Assembly: GCA_050248615.1 (NCBI GenBank)
Contig: JBFWSA010000001.1
Span: 36,841 to 100,840, forward strand
Direction of reading: 5' to 3'
From: Simkaniaceae bacterium
GTDB taxonomy: Bacteria > Chlamydiota > Chlamydiia > Chlamydiales > Simkaniaceae
Length of the DNA stretch: 64,000 nucleotides
The notes below the pieces were generated by a model, which was not told the origin of the DNA, ran no database searches, and saw only the letters and a program-made list of their open reading frames with translations. Of this stretch, positions 49,154 through 59,221 are shown one piece after another; the first letter of the stretch is position 1; every line of letters begins with the position of its first letter. Both the position numbers and the translations under genes were made by a program.

Positions 49154-50122
49154 CTAAGAAGATAATTGTCTTAGCCCTTCAATCGCTAGGGCGAGAGCAC
49201 CCAGCTTGCCAATGTCATCTCCCAGAATACTGGGTTCAATCCGGCAGTGTTTGAAGGGAATATTCCAGGAAAAATAGGGAAGCGCATTCAAAAGGGGTTT
49301 CATGACAAGCTCTTTTTCATGCGTAGCAATCGTTCCTAAAAGGATCGCATCGGGATTTAGAGTCATGAGAAGAATCCCTATTCCTTGCGCTAAGCGCTCG
49401 ATATACTCTTCCCACACTTCTATCGCCAATGCATCCCCCTTTTTTACAGCAGCGGTCACACTTTTCATGTCGATCTTTTCTAGTGAACCCGCTTCCTCTA
49501 AAATACGTGTCTTTGCTCCCCCCTTGATCCTTTCTTGAAGACGACGGGCAACATTGGCTCCCCCACAATAGACTTCAAAACACCCCTTTTGACCACAAGG
49601 ACAGGGCGGACCTTGGGGATCGAGGACAAAATGTCCCACCTCTCCCGCCGTGTCTGTCCCCCCTAATAGGAGTTTTCCCTGGGTCACTACGCCTCCACCC
49701 ATTCCCGTACTCATCGTTAAATAGACAAGATTATCGGCATGCTTGGCACTTCCAAACTCCCACTCCGCAAGGGCCCCTGCATTTGCATCATTATTTACAA
49801 AAACGGGACGCCCTAAACGCTCCCGGAAATAGCGCACAATGGGAACATTTTTCCATTCAGGGAGATTTGGGGGAGCGATCAATACCCCTTCTTTCACCGA
49901 AAGAGGTCCTGGAAGGGCAAGCCCGATTCCGCGGATCTCTTCCACCTCTAAATTATGATCGCGCAAGAGATGTCCCACCTGTTCTACCAGCTGGGGAAGC
50001 CCTGTGTCAGGCCCTTTTAATTGCGCTGTGGGAATACGCTTGTGATCGATGATATTTCCCTCTTCATCCCCAAGACAGATCGAAACCTTTGTTCCCCCGA
50101 CATCAATTCCAATAAGATCCAT
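49154..50122 (-). CDS. ROK-family sugar kinase (glucokinase-like)
   Basis: GIDVGGTK, NNDANAGALAE, GEVGH, CPCGQKGCFE. Confidence 0.93.
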   Translation of the reverse strand: MDLIGIDVGGTKVSICLGDEEGNIIDHKRIPTAQLKGPDTGLPQLVEQVGHLLRDHNLEVEEIRGIGLALPGPLSVKEGVLIAPPNLPEWKNVPIVRYFRERLGRPVFVNNDANAGALAEWEFGSAKHADNLVYLTMSTGMGGGVVTQGKLLLGGTDTAGEVGHFVLDPQGPPCPCGQKGCFEVYCGGANVARRLQERIKGGAKTRILEEAGSLEKIDMKSVTAAVKKGDALAIEVWEEYIERLAQGIGILLMTLNPDAILLGTIATHEKELVMKPLLNALPYFSWNIPFKHCRIEPSILGDDIGKLGALALAIEGLRQLSS

Positions 50123-50569
50123 TTAATCGACTAGAGCTCCCTTATCTTTCATGTGCTTGACTAGCCCCGGATCGAGTCCAATCGCCTCACGAAAATCTGC
50201 TTTTACCACATCAGTTCCCACAAAACGTGCATGGGTAAGATTGGCTTTCTTAAAGTTACACTCCCCTAAATTCGCATTAAGAAAATCTGCCCCCCGACAA
50301 TCTGCTCCCTCTAAGTTTGCCTTGTTCAAATAGGCTCCTTGAAAGTTGACGTTTATCAGGACCGCTCCTTTGAGATCTGTTTTAGTGAGATTACAATTGG
50401 TAAGATTCGAGTTACTCAAGTTTGCATTCTTTAAATCGAGTCCACTTAAGTCCCCACCCGATAGATTGACCCCTTGTAAGTGTCTCTTCCCACTCTCTAG
50501 TTCTTCAAAACCCGTTCCTCTACACCCTACAAGAAAAAGAAGTAGGCAAATTCCTACAAGACATTTCAT
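50123..50569 (-). CDS. Pentapeptide-repeat lipoprotein
   Basis: Lipobox LVGC after ATG 50569; repeated A(N/D)LxG pentapeptides. Confidence 0.82.
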   Translation of the reverse strand: MKCLVGICLLLFLVGCRGTGFEELESGKRHLQGVNLSGGDLSGLDLKNANLSNSNLTNCNLTKTDLKGAVLINVNFQGAYLNKANLEGADCRGADFLNANLGECNFKKANLTHARFVGTDVVKADFREAIGLDPGLVKHMKDKGALVD

Positions 50570-50669
50570 ATACTCACCCAATCCTTCCCTAATGTGCATG
50601 ACACGTTTAGGACTACCATATATACTATCCTTTTGTTACTTTAAGAATGACCTTTCTGGAAAGAAAAAA

Positions 50670-51902
50670 ATGCCTTATTCGACAGGATATTCCATTGTTA
50701 AAAAGCTCTATGAAAAGGGGTTTACAGCCTACTTTGCAGGAGGATGGGTGCGCGATTTTCTCATGGATCACCCCTCTGATGATATCGATATTGCTACAGA
50801 TGCAAGCGTAGAAGACATCCAAAGCATTTTCCCAAAAACGATTCCCGTAGGTGTCAATTTTGGAATCGTGATTGTTGTTGAAGAGGGGCATCAATTTGAA
50901 GTCGCAACATTTCGAAAAGACCAGGGATATAAAGATGGGAGAAGACCCATTGGTGTTGAGCGAGCAGATCCTGAAGAAGATGCCAAAAGGCGGGATTTTA
51001 CGATTAATGGGATGTTTTACGATCCTTTAAACGAAAAGCTCTACGATTTTGTGAAGGGACAAGAAGATCTTAAACAAAAAATCGTCCGCGCTATCGGCAA
51101 TCCTCATGAACGCTTTTTAGAAGATCGTCTCCGAATGATACGCGCTGTACGGTATGCCAGTCGCTTTCATTTTTCTATCGAAAACGAAACCCTTAAAGCG
51201 ATCTTGGATCATGCCGAAGCTCTTTTCCCCGCTGTGGCAATCGAGCGTGTATGGAATGAGTTTTCTAAAATGTCTGCTTTTCCCAACTTCGATGTGGCCC
51301 TTGTCACCCTTCACCGTTTAAATCTCCTCCCCGTCATCTTCCCGATGCTCAAAGAGATTCCGATTGAAGAGATCCAAAGAAGAGTGCATATCCTTCCCTC
51401 CTTTCCTGAAGACACCCCCGTCATCGCCAAAGTTCTCGAGTTATTTCCCTCAATGACACTAGAAGAAAAAAAGGACCTCTGCCTCTACCTCAAGCTTTCT
51501 AATCACGACCGCGATTTTGTCTCCTTTTACCATCATGCCCAAGAGATCCTTCATCTAGAAAAAGACCGCGCACGTTCTCCCTTTGACTGGGCCCACTTCT
51601 ATGCCCACCCTTTTTATCCTCTCTCTTTAAAAATCCTAGCAACCCATCTTCCCCTTGAGGAAAGACAAACTTTTTTGCAAAAACACCATATGCAAGCAAA
51701 CGCCCTAAAAATTCCCATTCAAAAGATTCAAAATAAGACCCCCTTTATCACCTCAGAAGATCTGCGCAGGGAAGGAATACCCAACGGGAAGCAAATGGGG
51801 ACCCTTTTAAAAGAAGGAGAACGTCTTGCTATTAATGAATCCCTAGACGCCCCTGAAAAGATCATTAAACGCCTCAAAAAATCCCAATGGTGGCCTTTAT
51901 GA
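50670..51902 (+). CDS. cca: CCA tRNA nucleotidyltransferase / poly(A) polymerase family
   Basis: GGWVRD, DIDIAT, EVATFR, RRDFTING, EDRLRMIRAVR; ATG 50670. Confidence 0.88.
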   Translation: MPYSTGYSIVKKLYEKGFTAYFAGGWVRDFLMDHPSDDIDIATDASVEDIQSIFPKTIPVGVNFGIVIVVEEGHQFEVATFRKDQGYKDGRRPIGVERADPEEDAKRRDFTINGMFYDPLNEKLYDFVKGQEDLKQKIVRAIGNPHERFLEDRLRMIRAVRYASRFHFSIENETLKAILDHAEALFPAVAIERVWNEFSKMSAFPNFDVALVTLHRLNLLPVIFPMLKEIPIEEIQRRVHILPSFPEDTPVIAKVLELFPSMTLEEKKDLCLYLKLSNHDRDFVSFYHHAQEILHLEKDRARSPFDWAHFYAHPFYPLSLKILATHLPLEERQTFLQKHHMQANALKIPIQKIQNKTPFITSEDLRREGIPNGKQMGTLLKEGERLAINESLDAPEKIIKRLKKSQWWPL

Positions 51903-52615
51903 AAAAAGCGATCCAACTTCTCCAAAGTGTCGGGGGGCAAAGCCAAGACTTACAAAACCTAGGCATCTCAGAAGATACAATCAAAGTCCTCATTGAAAAG
52001 GGGATCATCGAACCTCTTGGATACCGCCTGAAAAAAACATCACCCCTCACTTTTCCCTATAACTTGATCTCTGATCCCCTCCCCCTCTTCTTGCATGGAT
52101 GGTTTAACACTGCTTGTCGCCAAAGACTCCAAACACTCATTGAAAAACACAACGTCCAAACCATTGTTGAACTGGGGAGCTGGCTGGGACAATCGACCCT
52201 CTTTATGGCCTCTTTGCTTCCCGACAGTGGAAAGCTTTACGCAGTCGATCATTGGGAAGGTCCCGAAGACTTACAAATCCCTTGCGTCTATAAACAGTTC
52301 CTTTCCAATGTCATCCATGCACAGCTTACCCATAAAATCGTCCCGCTACGTACCACGACTCAAGAGGCCTCAAAAGATTTTGAAAGCCGTGTGGACCTGA
52401 TCTATATTGATGCCTGCCACGAAGAAGAAGCCGTCTATCAAGACCTTAGGGACTGGTTCCCCATAGCAAAAAAATGGGGATCTATTCTATGCGGTGATGA
52501 TTTTTACTGGAAAAAAGAAAAAGGGTACCCCGTTCAAAAAGCCCTAAAGCGCTTTTGCAGAGAAGAAAATCTCACTTACGTGAATACGGATGTCTTCTGG
52601 GAGATCATTAGGTGA
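51899..52615 (+). CDS. Class I SAM-dependent methyltransferase (Methyltransf_24-like)
   Basis: VELGSWLGQST, AVDHW, LIYIDACH, GDD. Confidence 0.85.
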   Translation: MKKAIQLLQSVGGQSQDLQNLGISEDTIKVLIEKGIIEPLGYRLKKTSPLTFPYNLISDPLPLFLHGWFNTACRQRLQTLIEKHNVQTIVELGSWLGQSTLFMASLLPDSGKLYAVDHWEGPEDLQIPCVYKQFLSNVIHAQLTHKIVPLRTTTQEASKDFESRVDLIYIDACHEEEAVYQDLRDWFPIAKKWGSILCGDDFYWKKEKGYPVQKALKRFCREENLTYVNTDVFWEIIR

Positions 52616-52619
52616 GTCG

Positions 52620-54407
52620 TTATTGAACCCGCATCACAACGAGGGTGAGATCATCGTACTGAGAACACCCATCCGCGAATCGGGCAACCTCTTCAATAAT
52701 ATCATCCACAATGCGTTGGGGACGGAGTCTACTTTTCTCTCGTAGAAGAGCCATCAGCTTTTCTTCGCCAAAGAGTTCTTGTTGATCATTATGGGCTTCT
52801 ACAACTCCATCGGTAAAGAGCAATAAGAGATCTCCTGAACTCACTTTTACCCGCTCTGTATACACCCGATCATAAGGGATCACACCTAAAGCCATTCCAG
52901 GGGTGGTCAGCTTTTCGAGCTTCCCCTCTTTTCGCAATAAAAGAGCGGGAAAGTGTCCACAATTGGTATAATGAAACTCTTGTGTTTTAGGGTCAAAAAA
53001 AGCAACAAATGCGGTGACAAAAACTCCTGTATCTCCTGTATCTAAACAGAAAAGATTGTTGGTTTCATTCACAATGACTTCTAATTCTTCATGAATCTCT
53101 CCATAGCTACGGAGCATGCTGCGGACACTCAACGAATAAAGGCAGGCTGAAATGCCCTTTCCCGACGTATCGGCGATGGAAAGCAACAATTTATCGTTGG
53201 CAAGAAAATCATAAAAATCTCCCCCCACCTCTTTTGCAGCAATAAAGCGTGCAGCAATTTCTAGCCCTGGGAAATCGGGCAATTCTTTGGGCAATATGGA
53301 GGTTTGGACCTCCTCTCCAATCTTGAGCTCCCTAGCATAGGTCTCTTTTTCTACCCTTTCTTGTTCTGCGTCTTGCATATGATGGGTCAGGGATTCAACC
53401 GTTTCATTGAAAATTTCCCCAATCACATTAAACTCAAACCCCATCTTATCGGTAGCAAAGCGCTCTTCTAGATCCCCTTTCCCCACCCGTGTCATCACAC
53501 GAATCAGCCGTTTTAAAGGTTTAGAAAGACGCGAGGTGAGCCAAATAGCTCCTCCACCCCCTATTAAAACAATCAGCCCCAAAATCACCCCTACTTTGAA
53601 AATAAAATAGGGAATATCAACAAAGTTGACCTCCTCAGGAGCCGAAATGAGAAGAGAAAAATTGGTCTGAGGGACACGCTCTTTGATAGAAATAAACCTT
53701 TCTTCCTCAAAAGAAAAATGGGAATCATCTCCCTGATAAAGCTGAATCTTCCCCGAAGCATAGCCAAAACGCTCTCCCCTGAGTTTGGAGTCCGTTGAAG
53801 TCACCACCCTGCCATCTTCCATTAAAAGGGACGTTGCCGTCGGATAAAGGACCTCACTTTCTACAGGAAAATTTTTCAAAAACAGGTCGAGAGAAAAGGC
53901 GGTGATCCACCCTTCGCTTCCATCATTGGCAAAGCGGGATAAATAAAAGGTCGTCCCCTTAGGATCGACAACAAGATAGATCTCTTTTTGAGAAGCTTCC
54001 TTAAGGAAGGTAAAGTTCTTTCCCACCCTCTCTTTATCTGAAGAAAGATCACATACAAAGTATCCCCCTTGAGCTTTATGCACATGGAAGAGGGCTGAAA
54101 CCCCTTCCCGTTTTGCTAACTCTTCTAAATAACTCTCGGGATTTTCTATATTGCGCAGCAAATAAGCCATCCCTGATAAAAAATCTCTCTCTTGCTCAAT
54201 GAGAACAGAAATCGTCTCCACTTTTTTTCCCATCAAGATGCCTAGAGTAAAAAGATTATTTTCAGACTTTACCCGAACATCTTCTGTGTAAATCAAAAAA
54301 CTCAGAAAGAGGAGAGGAACGACTAAAAAAATCATTGCTATGAGCAAAATACGGGAGGCCAAAGAGCCCCTGATTTGACGAATTTTTTCCTTTTTGTTCT
54401 TGCTCAT
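52620..54407 (-). CDS. rsbU: RsbU-like membrane PP2C/SpoIIE phosphatase with HAMP domain
   Basis: 2 TM helices, HAMP, EVGGDFYD, IADTSGKG, FTDGV, DDLT. Confidence 0.88.
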   Translation of the reverse strand: MSKNKKEKIRQIRGSLASRILLIAMIFLVVPLLFLSFLIYTEDVRVKSENNLFTLGILMGKKVETISVLIEQERDFLSGMAYLLRNIENPESYLEELAKREGVSALFHVHKAQGGYFVCDLSSDKERVGKNFTFLKEASQKEIYLVVDPKGTTFYLSRFANDGSEGWITAFSLDLFLKNFPVESEVLYPTATSLLMEDGRVVTSTDSKLRGERFGYASGKIQLYQGDDSHFSFEEERFISIKERVPQTNFSLLISAPEEVNFVDIPYFIFKVGVILGLIVLIGGGGAIWLTSRLSKPLKRLIRVMTRVGKGDLEERFATDKMGFEFNVIGEIFNETVESLTHHMQDAEQERVEKETYARELKIGEEVQTSILPKELPDFPGLEIAARFIAAKEVGGDFYDFLANDKLLLSIADTSGKGISACLYSLSVRSMLRSYGEIHEELEVIVNETNNLFCLDTGDTGVFVTAFVAFFDPKTQEFHYTNCGHFPALLLRKEGKLEKLTTPGMALGVIPYDRVYTERVKVSSGDLLLLFTDGVVEAHNDQQELFGEEKLMALLREKSRLRPQRIVDDIIEEVARFADGCSQYDDLTLVVMRVQ

Positions 54408-54440
54408 GCTATAATGGTTCTAAAAAGTTCTATGATTGCT

Positions 54441-55190
54441 ATGTATACAAAAGAAATTACCAGTTTACAACATCCTATTGTCAAACACCTCGTCAAACTC
54501 CGAAAAAGCCGGGAATATCGTGAGGAAAAAGGGACCCTTTTGTTAGAGGGGAAAAAAATGGTGGAAGAGTATCAAGGTCCCATCGAAACCCTTCTCACCA
54601 CACATCCCTCCTCCCTGCAAGCAAAAAAACACTACCTCATCACTCCAGCTATCTTAGAAAAAATCTCCGGTTCCTCTACTCCTGAACCTTATCTTGCCGA
54701 AGTCCCCCTCCCTCCTTTTCAATCCTTAAAGGGGAAAACCTGCCTCTTAGCCCTTGATGAAATCCGGGATCCGGGAAACTTAGGAACCCTTCTCAGAACA
54801 GCCCTAGCTTTGGGATTTGAAGGGGTTTTTCTGACCGAAGGATGCGCAGATCCATATGGAGATAAAGCGCTACGTGCTGCCAAAGGAGCCACCTTTCATT
54901 TACCCCTGCAAAAAGGAACTGTTCACGCGCTCTCTCTCTTCATTCAAGAAAGTGGTCTTACTCCCTATGTTGCCGATCCCCAAGGAACGCCCCATCCTTC
55001 CTTTACCTCTCCCCTTATTCTGATCCTAGGAAACGAAGCCCATGGCCCCTCCGCACCCATAAAAAAACAGGGAACGCTCCTCTCCATTCCCCTCTCTGCA
55101 CAAACAGAATCCTTGAATGTTGCGGTCGCAGGTGGCATTCTGATGCATAAGATTAGAGAAATATTATGTCAAAGTTCGACGACTACCTAG
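54441..55190 (+). CDS. TrmH/SpoU-family RNA methyltransferase
   Basis: DPGNLGTLLRTA, LGNEAHG, ESLNVAVA; start may be 54432 or 54441. Confidence 0.92.
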   Translation: MYTKEITSLQHPIVKHLVKLRKSREYREEKGTLLLEGKKMVEEYQGPIETLLTTHPSSLQAKKHYLITPAILEKISGSSTPEPYLAEVPLPPFQSLKGKTCLLALDEIRDPGNLGTLLRTALALGFEGVFLTEGCADPYGDKALRAAKGATFHLPLQKGTVHALSLFIQESGLTPYVADPQGTPHPSFTSPLILILGNEAHGPSAPIKKQGTLLSIPLSAQTESLNVAVAGGILMHKIREILCQSSTTT

Positions 55191-56296
55191 ATTTTGAAGA
55201 AGACTACCAACCCCGGGGAAAAAGAGAGAGCCGTAAAGAGCGGCGGGAATCCCAAACACGTGATCGTTCAAAATACAAAAAAACCGACCAAGACCAAAGA
55301 CGCGAACACCTAAAAGCAGAAGAGCCTCCCTTAGGGGGAAATTATAAAAGGGGGCGTGTCTTAAGTATTTCGCCAGAAATCATCACCGTCGCTGCCGAAC
55401 ACCAAAACTATATCTGCACCCTAAAAGGGGCTCTAAAAAAAGAGCGTACCAAACAAAAAAACCTCATTGCTGTCGGAGACTTTGTCCATTTTGAAGTAAA
55501 AAGCATCGACTCTGGGGCCATTACTCATGTGGAAAAGCGTACCTCCTTTTTAGCCCGCGCCGATAATCTTTCTCGCCGCAAACAACAACTGATCGCTGTC
55601 AATATCGACCAAGTCTTTATCGTCATGTCTGTCGTTGCCCCCAAGCTGAAACCCCTTCTCATCGACCGGTATATCCTCTCTGCCCTTAAAGGGAATATGA
55701 AACCCATCATCCTCATCAATAAAATCGACCTCCTCTCCGATCCTCCCGAAAATATTCAAGCCGTGGATATCGCAGCTGAAAAAATGCTCCTCGAAGAATT
55801 CCGCGAAGCCTACACCCCCCTCAAGATTCCCATTGTGGAACTCAGCGTCACCACAGGGGAAAACCTGGATAAGCTCAAAGCACTGATGCATAACCAGACC
55901 TCCGTCTTTTCTGGCCAATCGGGAGTGGGAAAGTCATCCCTCATCAATGCAACCCTAGGGAGCTCTCTTCCTATCGGAGATATGGTAGAAAAAACCCGCA
56001 AAGGATCCCATACAACGACAACCGCTGAACTCATCCCCCTCCAAGACGAAGGATTTTGTGTAGATACTCCCGGGATTAAAAGTTTCGGCGTTTATGACAT
56101 TAACCCCGAAGAAATTCTCCTCACCTTCCCCGATTTTGTCCCCTTTGCTTCGGAGTGCAAGTTCCCCAACTGCACCCATATCCATGAACCCAATTGCGCC
56201 ATTAAAGAGGCTCTTGAAACAAAAAAGATCCACCCTCTCCGTTACGCTTCCTACACCACCCTCCTCCAAGAATCTCCTCCAAAGGATTGGGAATAA
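55166..56296 (+). CDS. rsgA: Ribosome small subunit-dependent GTPase A
   Basis: NKIDL, GQSGVGKSS, GSHTTT, DTPG, CKFPNCTHIHEPNC. Confidence 0.96.
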   Translation: MSKFDDYLDFEEDYQPRGKRESRKERRESQTRDRSKYKKTDQDQRREHLKAEEPPLGGNYKRGRVLSISPEIITVAAEHQNYICTLKGALKKERTKQKNLIAVGDFVHFEVKSIDSGAITHVEKRTSFLARADNLSRRKQQLIAVNIDQVFIVMSVVAPKLKPLLIDRYILSALKGNMKPIILINKIDLLSDPPENIQAVDIAAEKMLLEEFREAYTPLKIPIVELSVTTGENLDKLKALMHNQTSVFSGQSGVGKSSLINATLGSSLPIGDMVEKTRKGSHTTTTAELIPLQDEGFCVDTPGIKSFGVYDINPEEILLTFPDFVPFASECKFPNCTHIHEPNCAIKEALETKKIHPLRYASYTTLLQESPPKDWE

Positions 56297-56400
56297 TTCA
56301 TTATCAATAGCTTATAAAAATTACAACCTGTGTTGCCAATTTTACATCTTTTTTGGCATAATGAGTATCAAAAATAGATGTCATAGTAGGAGCGCTCCTG

Positions 56401-57546
56401 ATGTACAAAAGATTTTTTACCCCCCCCAAAGGAAGCTATTTTCTTTTTGGTCCTCGAGGAACTGGAAAATCCACATGGTTAAAAATGCATTGCCCTCAGG
56501 CGTTATGGATCGATCTTTTGGACCCTGAAACATTTCGATTTCTCTCTACCGGACCGGAAAGATTACAAGGAATGATTGAAAGTAACCCTTCCTGTTTACA
56601 GATTGTGATTGATGAAATACAAAAAATTCCCGAACTTTTAGACGTGGTTCATAGCCTCATCGAGGCAAAAAAAAACTATCAGTTTATTTTGACAGGCTCA
56701 AGTGCAAGAAAGTTAAAAAAATATGGCGTCAATCTTTTAGGAGGAAGAGCCCTTCTTAGACACATGCCCCCCTTTTTTGCTGCAGAATTAGGAAATAACT
56801 TTCAGCTTGAAAAGAACCTTAAGGTTGGCATGTTACCCATTGTTCTAGATGCTGTTGACCCTGAAGAAGTACTGCGTGCTTACGTAGGAATTTATTTAAA
56901 AGAAGAGGTCCAAGCAGAAGGGATTGTTCGCAATGTTGGCAACTTTGCCCGCTTTCTAGAAACCATGAGCTTTTCCCATGGAAGCATCATCAATACATCA
57001 AATATTTCGCGAGAATGTCAAATTGCCCGTAAAACTTTAGATAGTTACTTACAGATTTTAGAGGACCTTCTTCTATCTTTCCACCTTTCTATCTTTCGAA
57101 GAAAATCAAAACGAGATTTAGTCAGCCAAGAGAAGTTTTATTTTTTTGATGTAGGCGTCTACCTCTCAATGCGTCCTAAAAACCTCTATGACATTCCGAG
57201 TGAGATTGAAGGGGCAGCACTAGAAGGTCTCGTTGCCCAACATCTAAAAGGCTGGGTCGAGGCTCAAAAAGAAAAACATCAGCTCCATTATTGGAGAACA
57301 CGCTCAAAACTTGAAGTAGATTTCATCGTGTCTGGCCCCAAAACTTTTCTTGCGATTGAAGTCAAAAATGGGAAAGCTGTACATCCCAAAGATCTGCATG
57401 GATTACAAGCCTTTATTGATGACTACCCTGAAGCAACACCCCTACTTCTCTATCGTGGAAAGCAAACCTATAAAGAGGGAAAAGTCTCTTGTATCCCTAT
57501 CGAAACGTTTCTCAAAATGATTCATCCAGAAAATCCCCTCCTTTAA
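56401..57546 (+). CDS. AAA_14 ATPase with DUF4143 and C-terminal PD-(D/E)XK-like motif
   Basis: GPRGTGKST, IDEIQK, LTGSSA, KFYFFDVG, EVDF...AIEVK. Confidence 0.88.
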   Translation: MYKRFFTPPKGSYFLFGPRGTGKSTWLKMHCPQALWIDLLDPETFRFLSTGPERLQGMIESNPSCLQIVIDEIQKIPELLDVVHSLIEAKKNYQFILTGSSARKLKKYGVNLLGGRALLRHMPPFFAAELGNNFQLEKNLKVGMLPIVLDAVDPEEVLRAYVGIYLKEEVQAEGIVRNVGNFARFLETMSFSHGSIINTSNISRECQIARKTLDSYLQILEDLLLSFHLSIFRRKSKRDLVSQEKFYFFDVGVYLSMRPKNLYDIPSEIEGAALEGLVAQHLKGWVEAQKEKHQLHYWRTRSKLEVDFIVSGPKTFLAIEVKNGKAVHPKDLHGLQAFIDDYPEATPLLLYRGKQTYKEGKVSCIPIETFLKMIHPENPLL

Positions 57547-57577
57547 TTTGATAGATTACTCAAACCCAGAGTGCTAC

Positions 57578-57919
57578 TTATTTATAACCAGGGTCAGTCC
57601 TGAAGTTTGTTGCACCTAGAGATTGAAGCATCGTTAAAACCGGTTGTACAACTGTTGTTTCCCAATTTGCACGATCATCTTTGGGAAAGCTTTTATCCAA
57701 TTCTACAACATAATCAGGAAAAAGACGTATCCACGTTTGAGTTGTCTTTTGATAACCTACAAAATAGCGCCCAACAAAGGCTTTTTCTTTCATAGACCAA
57801 TTTGTTGTTGCATTGGTTGCTTCTTGAACCTTTTGTTTAAGCCCCTCAAAGTCTGTATCCAGATCAAACTTATATGCTAAATAAAAACTTGCTGGGCCTC
57901 CTACTGATGGTAAAGCCAT
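57578..57919 (-). CDS. Hypothetical protein
   Basis: ORF with RBS AGAGG before ATG 57919; no recognised motif. Confidence 0.55.
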   Translation of the reverse strand: MALPSVGGPASFYLAYKFDLDTDFEGLKQKVQEATNATTNWSMKEKAFVGRYFVGYQKTTQTWIRLFPDYVVELDKSFPKDDRANWETTVVQPVLTMLQSLGATNFRTDPGYK

Positions 57920-57997
57920 AAATAACCTCTTTTTTGAAAAACTCATAAAACGGCTAAATTTTAGCATTTTTTATGATTTTTTTCATCTAAATAAAAA

Positions 57998-58025
57998 ATC
58001 ACTTTGAATTTTTACTCAAAGTGAT
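57998..58025 (-). terminator. Rho-independent terminator of the 59622-58058 gene pair
   Basis: On the minus strand: ATCACTTTGA-GTAAAAAT-TCAAAGTGAT followed by TTTTTATTT. Confidence 0.65.
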
Positions 58026-58057
58026 CTTAGAGATTATTTTAACTTATAAAGAAATGC

Positions 58058-59221
58058 TTATATCAAAGCGCAAGAACTTGCATAATCTGCAGCACGAAAA
58101 GTAATTGCTTTACCACCAAAAGGCCGATCTCCAATATTTAATTTGAAATCTACCTCTGATTCTTCGATTATTTCAAGCTCACGACCAGGAAGTTGTGGTT
58201 TATATTCTCCAGGTTCTCCATAAAGTTCTCGAGTCCATCTTAATTGAAGAGCTTTAAAAGCTTGCCCTACAGGAAGACTTTCAAAACCCGCTTGAACACC
58301 AGCAGCGCCATTTTTAAAAACAGTGTACCTTCCCAACATGTAAATTTTAGGATTCACCGCTACACCTCTTTCGGCAGCCTCAGCAGCAAGAGAAGTAGAG
58401 AAAATAGCGCAGTCTGTATCGGAGTTTCTTGTCCATGCTTTGAGATCTTTATTAGGGTTTCCTGAGTACCCACTCACGCCAGAGCCTAGAACAGAGACAT
58501 CCGCGTCAACATATCCATGACCCACTAAAGTATTTGAAACATCGCCCCTAAAATGAGCCCACAATTCAAGACCTTCCATTAAACACTCTCTTGCTAAAGA
58601 GAATGTCAAAGGAACTCTCCCATACTGACGATGACCTTCAACAGCAATGATAATCGCAATATGGTTGAACTGTACAGGATCTTTGTACTTCGGACACCGT
58701 GGAATACTGCCCTGACCCAATTCGTCAATAACAATGATTTGTAACTCTACAATTTGTAGATGCCTTTCTGAAAAACGTTGTTCCAGATCGCGGTCTCTTT
58801 GTAATGACTTTTCACTCTCTACACCTGCGCCATATTCTATTGCAAGGAGCCTTTGTTGCTTAGGAAGAGATCCCTCTTCAGCAACCTCAATCTCCATGCT
58901 GCAAGGAGTGGGTAATCGCAAAGCGAGAATACCTGAGCGCTCAAAGCCAAATCCTTGCTCTTGAGGATTATTTACAAGTACAAAACCGTACTGTTCAGGA
59001 TTAGCATATATCTCTTCAGCTTGTTCTTGAGATATCATTCCGATACAAGAATGAGGATCCCTAGATTGCGCTTCTGCGTCAAAGTTTTTAGCCAGACCTG
59101 CACTGAATTCCTTATACTCTTTTGTCGTATCCCCCACCATTGAAACTGTTCCTCTGGGCGAAATCGTGATATATTGGAAATCCACCCTAAGGGATCGTTG
59201 GGATGTCGTATTTTGATTCAC
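58058..59221 (-). CDS. Hypothetical protein with a C-terminal pol-beta-like nucleotidyltransferase motif
   Basis: VSVLGSGVSGYS...SDTDCAIFS (hGS...DxD) plus a later EVDF acidic residue. Confidence 0.6.
   Translation of the reverse strand: MNQNTTSQRSLRVDFQYITISPRGTVSMVGDTTKEYKEFSAGLAKNFDAEAQSRDPHSCIGMISQEQAEEIYANPEQYGFVLVNNPQEQGFGFERSGILALRLPTPCSMEIEVAEEGSLPKQQRLLAIEYGAGVESEKSLQRDRDLEQRFSERHLQIVELQIIVIDELGQGSIPRCPKYKDPVQFNHIAIIIAVEGHRQYGRVPLTFSLARECLMEGLELWAHFRGDVSNTLVGHGYVDADVSVLGSGVSGYSGNPNKDLKAWTRNSDTDCAIFSTSLAAEAAERGVAVNPKIYMLGRYTVFKNGAAGVQAGFESLPVGQAFKALQLRWTRELYGEPGEYKPQLPGRELEIIEESEVDFKLNIGDRPFGGKAITFRAADYASSCALI

Noticed and set aside
48916..49254. Small ORFs and hairpin CCCATAGC/GCTATGGG in the AT-rich gap after the ROK gene
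   Set aside because: There are no motifs, the ORFs overlap the ROK 3' end and the hairpin has no U-tract; support is insufficient.
50346..50669. 108 aa N-terminal extension of the CCA enzyme
   Set aside because: It overlaps the opposite-strand pentapeptide gene; family similarity begins at ATG 50670.
56322..56362. Possible sigma54 promoter (TGGCA...TTGTA on the minus strand)
   Set aside because: The -24/-12 spacing is off by one and it would face into the end of rsgA. A sigma66-like TTGCCA-18-CATAAT on the plus strand is more plausible but weak.
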